A DNA stretch of 64,000 nt, taken from Nitrosopumilaceae archaeon (GTDB lineage: Archaea > Thermoproteota > Nitrososphaeria > Nitrososphaerales > Nitrosopumilaceae). Numbering within the stretch: position 1 is the first letter of the stretch; every line of letters begins with the position of its first letter. Under the pieces are notes generated by a model, which saw only the letters and a program-made list of their open reading frames with translations, searched no databases and was not told the DNA's origin. Below are positions 40,927 through 51,151 of this stretch, piece by piece. The position numbers were made by a program, and so were the translations under genes. The stretch lies in contig CBDATR010000024.1 in the NCBI GenBank assembly GCA_965200155.1, forward strand, positions 96,001-160,000, written 5' to 3'.

Positions 40927-41928
40927 ATGAGCAAGGATTCCACCGAGTCCAACGATAAACCCAACACCCAATCGGATGACCCAGCTGAGAACGACGCGAC
41001 AGGAGATGAGTCTCCGGATACCAATACACAAGAGTTTGAAGAAACCAATGCGCCACAAGATGCGGTTCCGGTTATTGAAGAAAAGCAGGAGGCAATACCA
41101 GAGAAGACTGCTAGAGCAAGACAAGGTGGTATGAACAAGGGCGTATACGGTGCCCTGATTGCCACAGTAGGAGTGGCGGCGTTCTTTGCCGGACTATCGG
41201 TGCCCGTACTGAACAGCGATCCCATAACCATGTCAGACTTGGAACAAGCCGTGATGTTTCTTGAGGACAAGATAGACACGCTTTCAGATGACCTGCAGGA
41301 GATAGAGGACAGAATGTTGACTGAGCCACAAGGCTCCACTACTGCCACCCAACCCCCGCTAAGAATTAGTGCGGACGATGATCCTGTCATGGGCAGTTCC
41401 AATGCCCCCTTGTTAATGATCGAGTTCTCCGACTTTCAGTGTCCGTTCTGTGCCAGATTCCACAGTGAGACACTTCCACTCATCAAGGAGAACTACATAG
41501 ATACCGGTATTGTAAAGATGGTGTACCGTGATTTTCCGCTGGAAAACATACATCCTAACGCGGTGGCAGCCGCGGTTGCCTCAGAGTGCGCACACGATCA
41601 GGACACATATTGGCCATATCACGACATTCTCTTTGAGAGAATCGGTGAGTGGGGAAGCCTAACGCAGGCAGGAGCAGTAGAGCAATTCAAGGCCTATGCA
41701 ACAGACCTAAGCTTGGAGTTGGAGACATTTTCAGAATGTCTGGACACGGGCAAGCACACGAATGAGGTAAGTAATGATTTCAACGATGGTAGAGCATATG
41801 GCATAACTGGCACACCAGCATTCTTCATAGGTAACGATCAGATAGGGTACTATCCACTATCCGGTGCGCGGCCCTACAGTGAATTCCAATTCGCCTTTGA
41901 GCAACTACTAAGCTTGACATCACAGTAA
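40927..41928 (+). CDS. DsbA-family thiol-disulfide oxidoreductase
   Basis: EFSDFQCPFC, YRDFPL, GITGTPAF; TM anchor. Confidence 0.92.
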   Translation: MSKDSTESNDKPNTQSDDPAENDATGDESPDTNTQEFEETNAPQDAVPVIEEKQEAIPEKTARARQGGMNKGVYGALIATVGVAAFFAGLSVPVLNSDPITMSDLEQAVMFLEDKIDTLSDDLQEIEDRMLTEPQGSTTATQPPLRISADDDPVMGSSNAPLLMIEFSDFQCPFCARFHSETLPLIKENYIDTGIVKMVYRDFPLENIHPNAVAAAVASECAHDQDTYWPYHDILFERIGEWGSLTQAGAVEQFKAYATDLSLELETFSECLDTGKHTNEVSNDFNDGRAYGITGTPAFFIGNDQIGYYPLSGARPYSEFQFAFEQLLSLTSQ

Positions 41929-41997
41929 ACCTGCAATATAGAGTCACACCAAATAGCATATGGCAATTATACCAACCGCCACTTTACCAGATAAGAG

Positions 41998-42089
41998 GTA
42001 TGAGTTCACCTGTGTCTAAATTTACGCATAACTGATCGCGACAGTTAATGTGATTTGTGTATAAGATTCCGGAAGACGTGAACTCATAC
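41998..42089 (-). mobile_element. MITE copy 8 (intergenic)
   Basis: TSD GATAAGAG. Confidence 0.97.
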
Positions 42090-42239
42090 GATAAGAGACC
42101 TAGCAATGGGATTGAATGGATTCAATATCCATTCTAAACCAACAAGCGCTTATATTTAGCACAGTAAGTATAACATTACTGAAAATGACAAAATATGCAT
42201 CGAGGCAACCCTTGTGCCATCGATTGAGTAGAGTGGAAA

Positions 42240-43606
42240 ATGACAAATTTTGAAGAGATAGGAATAGACGAGAGGCTACAAAAAGCTCTCAGCGAGATTG
42301 GCTTTGTAGAACCATTCCCCATACAAGAGGCAACTATACCGGTTTTGTTATCGGGGCGTGATGTAGTAGGTCAGGCGCATACTGGATCGGGAAAGACCGC
42401 GGCATACTCGCTGTCTATGTTACAGGATGTAAATCCGGATCGTACAAATCAGGGACTTATTCTTGCACCCACAAGAGAGCTGGTTCTACAGATAGCCGAA
42501 GAGCTGAAGAAGTTTCCAAGTACATGAATATACGCGTTATTACCATATATGGAGGGCAAAGTATGAATGTGCAAATTAGTGCCCTAAAAGAGGGTGGCGA
42601 AATTTTGGTTGCAACGCCTGGTCGACTGATTGATCACCTTAAGCGTGGCACCATTGAGCTTGATAAAATAAGACACATGGTTCTGGACGAGGCAGACACC
42701 ATGCTGGACATGGGTTTCATAGATGACATACAGTTTGTACTGGATCTAGTACCAGAAAGGAAGGTTATGTCATTATTCTCTGCTACCATGCCAGTTGAAA
42801 TACTGCGTCTCGCGGAAGAATATCTAAAGAATCCAAAGCACTTTCTTTTGGACGCGGACGATCTTAGCGGCGAGGGCATAGATCAGTCATTTCTAATACT
42901 CAGAGACAGAGAAAAGGAGAAACATCTTCTTAATTTCATAAACGAAACAAAGGGCCAAAAAATAGTATTCTGCTCCACTAAATACCGCACTCGAGATGTA
43001 ACCCGTATGCTGCACAGGGCAAAGATGGACGCAGTAGCAATAGAGGGAGACATGACACAGCACCACAGAGAACAATCCATGGGCAAGTTCCGCAGTGGCA
43101 AGGCAGACATATTGGTAGCCACAGATGTGGCAGCTCGCGGCATAGATGTTCCCCAAGTGCAACTGGTGATAAACTATGATGTACCAAACCAAGATCTCAT
43201 GTACTTTCATAGAATAGGCAGGACGGCCCGAGCCGGGGCAAAGGGCAAAGCCATCACATTTGTCTCATATTCATCAGTATCAGACTGGAACCTCATAAAA
43301 CGGCAGATCAAGGTAGAGCTGACGGATCTGAATAAATCCATGGGCATAGAAGTAAACATACCGGATCCACTAAAGCGCCAGATAGCACCCCGGCGGCATG
43401 CAACAGGCGGTAGCACGTACCGGAATGGTAGACGACAGGGAGGCAGTCATGGCAGATTCGGAGGTCGAGATGGTGGCAGATATGGCCGGGGCCGAGTTGG
43501 TGGTCGAGATGGTGGCAGATATGGCCGGGGCCGAGTTGGTGGTCGGTTTGGTGGTCGAGATGGTGGCAGAGACGGCGGTCGGTTTGGTAACCGGGGCCAA
43601 AAATAG
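42240..43606 (+). pseudogene. DEAD-box RNA helicase split by a 1-nt frameshift near 42515 (or a sequence error)
   Basis: Q motif, GSGKT, PTRE in ORF 42240-42527; TPGR, DEAD, SAT, HRIGRTAR and RGG tail in 42524-43606. Confidence 0.85.
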
Positions 43607-43698
43607 GTATGAGTTCACGTCTTCCGGAATCTTGTGCACAAATCACATTAACTGTCGCGATCAGTTGTGCGTAAATTTAGACACAGGTGAACTTATAC
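43607..43698 (+). mobile_element. MITE copy 9, abutting helicase stop codon
   Basis: TIRs with one mismatch; no TSD; a decayed MITE right half follows at about 43735-43764. Confidence 0.95.
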
Positions 43699-44015
43699 GA
43701 AATATTCCGCGTAATTACTAATCTGTTGCAAAAATGTGCGTAATTTAGTAAACAGGAATTATGCGAATCGGTCATGAAATACACCAATGGATTTTGTCCA
43801 TGATCATTTTGAGTTGCTGTTTTGTCAACCTATTTAAATAATCGCCGTTATTTAACAAAAGAAATTTGTACATAATTCCTGTGTTGTGTAATGAAAATTA
43901 TGGAGAATTGTATATCGTACACTAGTTGTGAAATTTGTCACCAAAATTTGTAAACATGATCATGCAGCGCAGAAGATCGAACAGTTGTTATATACGAGGA
44001 ACATTATCTGGAATA

Positions 44016-44303
44016 ATGGAGAAGATACAGTACGATGGTACAGTATGGGCCATCAACCACAAGTATCCGGATCCCTTGATAGAACATGCATTGCATAAAC
44101 TGGAGCAACACGGGGTTAACCGTGACGACATTGTATTGACTGATGCTCCAGATAATGTAAAGTTGGGCGCCGTCGTGGTGCAAATTTGGCCATACCACCT
44201 AGATGTTACCCGAATTCGCATAATACGCAACGAGTCCTTTGTGAGTGGAAAGATTATGACAATAGAGCTAAAATTGGACCAAGACGGAAACTATGCGGAT
44301 TGA
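44016..44303 (+). CDS. Hypothetical protein
   Basis: 95-aa ORF coupled to the next gene. Confidence 0.65.
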   Translation: MEKIQYDGTVWAINHKYPDPLIEHALHKLEQHGVNRDDIVLTDAPDNVKLGAVVVQIWPYHLDVTRIRIIRNESFVSGKIMTIELKLDQDGNYAD

Positions 44304-44779
44304 AGACTGGTATTATCATTCTTAGCATAGTGGTTGCCATATCGGCTACCTTGGGATTTTATCAGTACAATGCAGAGCAGATACGCCAAGCGGGATTTAC
44401 CTTTGGCAATGATCTGCAACAGATACAGGATGACATAAAACTGCTTCAGGATGATTTCTACTTATCCATAAAACAATGGGAGGAGGGGGACATAGACAAG
44501 GAGAATCTCATATCACGTCTGCGTGTGCATGTCGAAGAATTTGATGTGATAATGCTTAGATATGACACGCTGAGTCCCCCTAGCGGATTTGAGGGAGCAG
44601 TGGATCTTTTCCAACTTTCATCACAGGCCCAGCTGGGGAGTGATGTGCAGTATATTAAATGGTTAGAGACAGGAGAAGAATCAGCCAAGATACGGTCTGA
44701 TCTTCAGTTGACTGAGGCGTTTGAGCTGGAATTAGCTGCACTATCTGAATACAACAAAGTGCGAGATGGTGTCCAGTAA
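44300..44779 (+). CDS. Membrane-anchored hypothetical protein
   Basis: TTG start overlaps upstream stop; N-terminal TM plus helical domain. Confidence 0.7.
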   Translation: MKTGIIILSIVVAISATLGFYQYNAEQIRQAGFTFGNDLQQIQDDIKLLQDDFYLSIKQWEEGDIDKENLISRLRVHVEEFDVIMLRYDTLSPPSGFEGAVDLFQLSSQAQLGSDVQYIKWLETGEESAKIRSDLQLTEAFELELAALSEYNKVRDGVQ

Positions 44780-44921
44780 GTAGCAATAGATATTATCTTT
44801 TAGAAATCGACATAACAACTACCAAGATTATTGTATGAGTTCACGTGTTTTGATCATTCACTAAGATATAGATTGGTATGACAATATTTTACTTAAATAC
44901 CAAATTTGCAATAAGAATCTA

Positions 44922-46539
44922 ATGAGAAGACGCCGGTCCTATAAGGAATTGGAACTGGAAAATAAACTTCTTCAGGATACCCTTGCGTCTACCGAGAAAG
45001 ATCTTGCACATTACAAGGAACGTGTGAGAGTATTGGAAGCATATGTGTCCCGCACCACAAAAGAAATACGAAATCTCACACAAGATTTCCAAATGTATGA
45101 GTTCACGTCTTCCGGAATCTTATGCACAAATCACATTAACTGTCGCGATCAATTGTGCGTAAATTTAGACACAGGTGAACTCATACTTCCAAATTATTAG
45201 GAATTATGTAAATGAATTGAATGAGAAATTAAAAGAAAAACAGGGGAAAATTGCGGTACTCACAACGCGACTTAAATATTATGAGAATGCTCACTCGCCA
45301 CCATCCCTTCAATCCCTCCAGTACAAGAAGCGAAAACAGGAGGAGCAGAAGCGAAAACAGGGAGATAATAAGCAACAGAAAGAAGCCAGTACGAAATCAG
45401 CCAAAAAGGCTGGCGCGCAAAAGGGACACAAGGGGGTTTCCCGTTCCCACAACCCCGGCAGAGTAGTGCATCACACCTTTGAGTACACACCAATATGTGA
45501 GTGCGGCAATATAATGACAAAAATTGGTTGGAAACAACGACACATAACGGAATTAATACCAGCCAAAATAGAGGAGACCCTTCATGTGATAGAAATGGCT
45601 GCATGCAAGTGCGGCAAAAAACAACTGGCCCCAGCAGCGGGCGTCCCAAAGAGTGGTGATTTTGGAGTTCAATTATGCGGTGCCATCACTGCATTGCGTG
45701 CGGAAAAGATTCCAATAAAACGCATACCTGTAATTTCGAAGGATCTCTTCGGCCTAAATATATCGGTGGGTGCAGTAAACAACATAATTGCCAGGGCCGC
45801 CGATGCATGTGAATCATTTATGGAAACAATTCATGAGAATATAATAAAATCACCCAGCATTCATGTGGACGAAACTGGTATATCACTGGCGGGTAGGCGT
45901 GGCTGGGTATGGGGGATGCGAGCCGAAGAGTGGATGATATACAAAAGTAGGAGTTCAAATGTAGTGAACAAATACCTGAACGGTTACCAGGGAGCGATAG
46001 TAACGGACAGGTACGTTGTGTACCGCCGGTTTGATGACGGTGGGAAGCACCAGTTGTGTTGGGCGCATTTATTGCGCGATACCCAGGCATTACATGCAGG
46101 ATTCTATATCGATCCCGGTGCTCAGGACGCCCGGATCAAACTTGACAACGACCTGAAAGGATTGTTCCGGAGCGCACGGGAATCCCTGAATCACTGCGGG
46201 CCGTCCGCGCAATTACGACACTCATTTGAGACAGGAGCAGAATCCATTCTGCATCAGTACTGTGATGTTGATGATACTGAACTACAAAAGAAGGTAAAAG
46301 GATTGAATAAGGCCATACCATGCATGTTCGTATTCTTAGAATATGACTGTGTAGAGCCCACCAACAATCCAGCGGAGCAGGCTTTGCGATACGCAGTGGT
46401 ATTCCGCAAGATTAGTGGTCAGATAAAGGGTGGCGAAAGGGCAATGCGCCGCATGTCTACATTTGTATCATGTGTTCAGACATGGAGGGCTCAAGGCCTT
46501 TCTGTTATGAACGAGGTTGCTGCCAGAATGCAGTTATAA
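44922..46539 (+). pseudogene. IS66 transposase, interrupted by MITE, intact C-terminus
   Basis: Coiled coil, PPS, GAQKGHKG, Zn finger, DDE, AEQALRYAVVFRK. Confidence 0.9.
45095..45186 (+). mobile_element. MITE copy 10 (in IS66 tnp)
   Basis: TSD TTCCAAAT. Confidence 0.97.
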
Positions 46540-47369
46540 TTAAAAAACTGGGACGCATTTGCCAGGGCCGCCGATGCATGCGAATCATTTATGAAAACAA
46601 TTTATGAGAATATAATAAAATCACCCAGCATTCATGTGGACGAAACTGGTATATCACTGGCGGGTAAGCGTGGCTGGATATGGGGGATGCGGGCCGAAGA
46701 GTGGATGATATACAAAAGTGGGAGTTCATATGTAGTGGACAAATACCTGAACGGTTACCAGGGCGCGATAGTCACAGACAGGTACGTTGTGTATCGCCGG
46801 TTTGATGACGGTGGGAAGCACCATCTGGGCGCATTTATTGCGCGATACCAGTATATTACATGCAGGATTCTATATCGATCCCGGTGATCAGGACGCCCGG
46901 ATCAAACTTGACAACGATTTGATCCGGAGCGCACGTGAATCGCTGCGGGCCGTCCGCGCAATTACGACACTCATTTGAGGCAGGAGCAGATGCATCAGTG
47001 CTGTGATGTTGATGATACTGAACTGCAAAAGAAGGTAAAAGGATTGAATAAGGCCATACCAGGTATGTTCGTATTCCTAGAATATGACAGTGTGGAGCCC
47101 ACCAACAATCCGGCGGAGCAGTGGAACCGGTTCTGATACGCAGTGGTATTCCGTAAGATTAGTGGCCAGATAAAGGGTGGTGAAAGGACCATGCGCCGCA
47201 TGTCCATATGTGTTCAGACATGGCGGGCTCAGGGCCTTTCTGTAATGAACGAGGTTGCTGCCAGAATGCAATTATAATTAAAAAACTGGGATGCATTCTA
47301 TCTTATTATGTGATCAAAACACGTGAACTCATACAATGTTTTAGTGTCTAAATTGTACCAATAATTGTG

Positions 47370-47447
47370 ATATGAGTTCACGTCTTCACTATGCGCATAA
47401 CTTATCACTATACGTTGTGCCTGATTTAATTACGAGTGAATTTATGC
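47370..47447 (+). mobile_element. Degenerate MITE relative
   Basis: ATATGAGTTCACGTCTTC...GTGAATTTATGC. Confidence 0.55.
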
Positions 47448-47544
47448 TAACGCATATCATCTCCCAAGAATGATGCCAAATTTCTACAAGCGCGCCTATC
47501 ACGCGTGCTATTAAAAAGATAAATCATGGTACATATCAGGTTAT

Positions 47545-47832
47545 TTGGCGAGCCGGAGCGCGACACGCTGCTAACGCAGAGGAAACTCCTCCCTCCTGGC
47601 AGGAAGCGCGACCCGGAGACAGGTAGTTGGAGACAACTGGCGACGGCACAGAAACCAGTCCTCCCCTCATACAATGAAGGCCAACGCCGGAGGTTCGGGG
47701 ATATAGGACGTGAAAAGGCCGACCCGCGCGGAGAAAGGCCAAACAAGACCTTAGCATCCTGCCGCAGGTCTAGGTAGGCCGCATAGCTAAATATCGCTAG
47801 AAACAGAAGGAGGGTTACTTCCGGCGCGCCAA
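47545..47832 (+). ncRNA. rnpB: Archaeal RNase P RNA
   Basis: P1 TTGGCG.GCCGGA/TCCGGC.CGCCAA; P4 GAGGAAACTCC ... AACAGAAGGAGGGTTA; ACAGAAA loop; TATA-like TATTAAAA upstream. Confidence 0.93.
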
Positions 47833-48059
47833 TATTATACTAGGTGATTTTTGCGTTACAATTCAGATCGTCATGTGACTTATTCTGTAACAAAATACAT
47901 TTCATTCATGTCTGAATTCATGTACCATGAGTTGTAAAGATTAGTGTGGTTTAAACACGTGATCGTGTTCTCTGATTGTTTTCGCTCATGATGGGAGGAG
48001 CCAATTTTCTGCATAACAGCATCCGGCCTGTATGAGTTCACGTCTTCCGGAATCTTGTG

Positions 48060-49114
48060 TGTAATGTATGAAAAGTCGGTCCGCTAGTCATTGGCATCCC
48101 GCTCCATCCATTTTGCATCATTTGCCCTAATTGTCTGGGTCGCCTTTTTATTCCTGAAGCGGCGTTTCGCCGTTATCTATATCCAGTGAGAAGTGCAACC
48201 TTCTCTCATTGCAGTAGTCAACATAATCCCGGAGACTGTCATAATGCCATATCTCATTGGACTCTTAAATAAGAGTCCCCTCGTCCTCAATCATTCTATG
48301 GAAGCGCTCCAGTTTGCCATTTGTCTGCGGGTGGTATGGCCTGGAATTGATTAGTATGATGTCTTGATTCAGCAGTTCTTCCTAGAATAGTGGGTTTCCA
48401 GTTCTTTTTGCTCTTTTATTGTCCTACGAAACACGCGCCGTTATCCAAGATGCAGGGGCGCCGAATCGCTTCATTGCCAGTCTCAGTAGAGTGGCGTTCT
48501 CTGAGGTTGCATGCTCAAATAGTGCCGCTCCGACTATACACCTGAATGCATCATCTATGAGATTCAGTCCCTTGAAGCTCTCATCTTGTATGAGTTCACG
48601 TCTTCCGGAATCTTGTGCACAAATCACATTAACTGTCGCGATCAGTTGTGCGTAAATTTAGACACAGGTGAACTCATACCTCATCTTTTCATGACATGCC
48701 AGTGCCACATTGCATTGGAATATTTACGCTCATAGCGTACCCACTCTGACTTTGCAGGTGATGATCCTGCCGTACCGTTCTTTTTCATTATGCGATATAC
48801 TGCGCGATATATTGTAATTCTGTCTAAGCCTCTTTGCAATACGTACTACTCCGGCGGGATCCCTGCTGTATGCTTCAGTTACCATTCGTATCTGGGTGGC
48901 GGTGATTGGTATCATGGACTGTCCATCTTTACTCGAGTCGTTCCCGTTCTCTGGTTCACAATCTTCGTACGTGTCTTGTCTCAGGTCTTGAGCTATGTTG
49001 GTTGTGGCAACGCCTCTTGTCTTGATTCCTCTGTTATTCTCTTTACCATCTGGCTTGTGCAATCTGAGCTACTGTACGCCGGATCCTAAGCGGACTTACT
49101 TTTCGCACTATTGA
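48060..49114 (-). mobile_element. IS481-family element, decayed
   Basis: Same ends as 18282-19236; 16-bp DR CTTCCGGAATCTTRTG. Confidence 0.92.
48588..48679 (+). mobile_element. MITE copy 12 (in IS481)
   Basis: TSD CTCATCTT. Confidence 0.97.
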
Positions 49115-49242
49115 CTTCCGGAATCTTATGCACAAATCACATTAACTGTCGCGATCAGTTGTGCGTAAATTTAGACACAGGTGAACTCATACTCCGGCCT
49201 TGTGTACCATTTGTAAGATGCTCCTACTGAAACATAGGTTGT

Positions 49243-50115
49243 CTAGATGTTCTCTATTGCAGTAGAAACGCCCACCCGGTATCCGGGGCACTTGAATTGA
49301 TATATGTCGGATATGCGTTTGTTTGATACTGATGTGGGGGCGCACAGTAGCCGGATCATATCTCCGCCTAGCTTCAATTTTGCCACAAACGCGGGTATGC
49401 TCTTGGGTTTCTTTACGCCCAGAACGTGTGCCGTATACTCAAAGAACTCCTGAAGTGTTACTATTTCAGGATCTGCCACCACATATCGCGAATGCCTCAA
49501 TCCATCACTGTATATGGCCACCAAACTGCCTACTGCATCCTCCACAGTAACAAACGCCTTGCGGTTGTTACCACCGCCTGGTATCATAAAAGTACCACTA
49601 CGCATCTTTTTCACTACCAGTTCCCTAAACCATCCGCCACATCCATAGACGTCACCAAAATACGCTACCGAGAAACGAATTCCCGCATCACGGCACTCTT
49701 CTTCCATATGCCTCTGTGCATACATGCGCATGCGGGTAAATTCCGTATCTGGATTGTACGGAGTGTCCTCATCAATTATACCATTCACACTCCCAAACAC
49801 GCCCAGGCCAGATGCGTATATGAGCGATTTTGTTTTGTCTCGTATTGCGGACATTAGATTTTTGGCACCATCCACGTTAGTCTGGCGCAGTTTTTTGGAA
49901 TTCTTCTCCAGTGGGGTCAGTGCCGCCATGTGAAATACGCAGTCAAACTCATGATCGCCTACCGAAAAAGACAAGTCTCGTATGTCGCCTTGAAGTGTAA
50001 ACTTGTCTGCATGTAACTCTCTTGATAACCCATAAACTTGGTAGTCTGGCTTTAGTCTCTGTACAAGGTGTGATCCTATAAATCCGGATGAACCTGTCAC
50101 CAGCACCTTGTTCAT
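49243..50115 (-). CDS. NAD-dependent epimerase/dehydratase (atypical SDR)
   Basis: VTGSSGFIG, FHMAA; YxxxK apparently replaced (FTRMR). Confidence 0.85.
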   Translation of the reverse strand: MNKVLVTGSSGFIGSHLVQRLKPDYQVYGLSRELHADKFTLQGDIRDLSFSVGDHEFDCVFHMAALTPLEKNSKKLRQTNVDGAKNLMSAIRDKTKSLIYASGLGVFGSVNGIIDEDTPYNPDTEFTRMRMYAQRHMEEECRDAGIRFSVAYFGDVYGCGGWFRELVVKKMRSGTFMIPGGGNNRKAFVTVEDAVGSLVAIYSDGLRHSRYVVADPEIVTLQEFFEYTAHVLGVKKPKSIPAFVAKLKLGGDMIRLLCAPTSVSNKRISDIYQFKCPGYRVGVSTAIENI

Positions 50116-50167
50116 GAATACAATGGTATAGTATGGTATTTTAAGTCAGTGAATGAGAACTATACAA

Positions 50168-51098
50168 TCAATAGTACGAAAAGTAAGTCCGCTTAGGATC
50201 CGGCGTACAGTAGTTCAGATTGCACAAGCCAGATGGTAAAGAGAATAACAGAGGAATCAAGACAAAAGAGGTGTTGCTGTCACCAAAATAGCTCAAGACC
50301 TGAAACAAGACACGTACGAAGATTGTGAACCAGAGAACGGGAACGACTCGAGTAAAGATGGGCAGGCCCATGATACCAATCACCGCCACCCAGATACGAA
50401 TGGTGACTGATGTATACAGCAGGGATCCCGCCGGAGTAGTACGTATTGCAAAGAGGCTTAGACATGATACATATCGCGCAGTATATCACATAATGAAAAA
50501 TAACGGCACGACAGTCGCCTCACCTGCAAAGTCAGAGTGGGTACGCTATGAGCGTAAATATTCCAATGCAATGTGGCACTGGCATGTCATGAAAGATGAG
50601 CGATTCAGGGGACTGAATCTCATAGATGATGCATCCAGGTGTATAGTCGGAGCGGCACTATTTGAGCATGCAACCTCAGAGAACGCCGCTCTATTACTGA
50701 GACTAGCGATAGAACGATTCGGCGCCCCTGCATCTTGGATAACGGCGCGTGTTTCGTAGTACAATAAAAGTGCAAAAAGAACTGGAAACCCACTATTCTA
50801 GGAAGAACTGCTGGATCAAGACATCATACTAATCAATTCCAGACCATACCACCCGCAGACAAATGGCAAACTGGAGCGCTTCCATGGAATGATTGAGGAC
50901 GAGATTTGGCATTATGACAGTCTCCGGGATTATGTGGACTACTACAATGAGAGAAGGTTGCACGTCTCACTGGATATAGATAACGGCGAAACGCCGCTTC
51001 AGGAATAAAAAGGCGACCCAGACAATTATAGGGCAAATGATGTAAAATGGATGGAGCGAGATACCAATGACTAGCGGACCGACTTTTCATACATTACA
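50168..51098 (+). mobile_element. IS481-family element, decayed
   Basis: Homologous to 18282-19236; no DR. Confidence 0.92.
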
Positions 51099-51151
51099 CA
51101 CGAAAAACCATGGGTAAAGACTTATGGTGACTGCTATAGTATAGCGAAAAT

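Larger units (their letters stand above)
44833..47334 (+). mobile_element. IS66 element with MITE insertion and a second, decayed 3' half (about 46560-47277)
   Basis: 24-bp TIRs at both ends; no TSD. Confidence 0.93.
48030..49192 (+). mobile_element. MITE copy 11, split by an IS481 insertion
   Basis: Outer TSD TCCGGCCT; halves 48030-48059 and 49115-49192. Confidence 0.94.

Noticed and set aside
43462-43590. GC-rich tandem repeats
   Set aside because: They encode the ordinary RGG tail of the DEAD-box helicase
47447-47777. ORFs of 73-99 aa
   Set aside because: They overlap the RNase P RNA gene and are shadow ORFs
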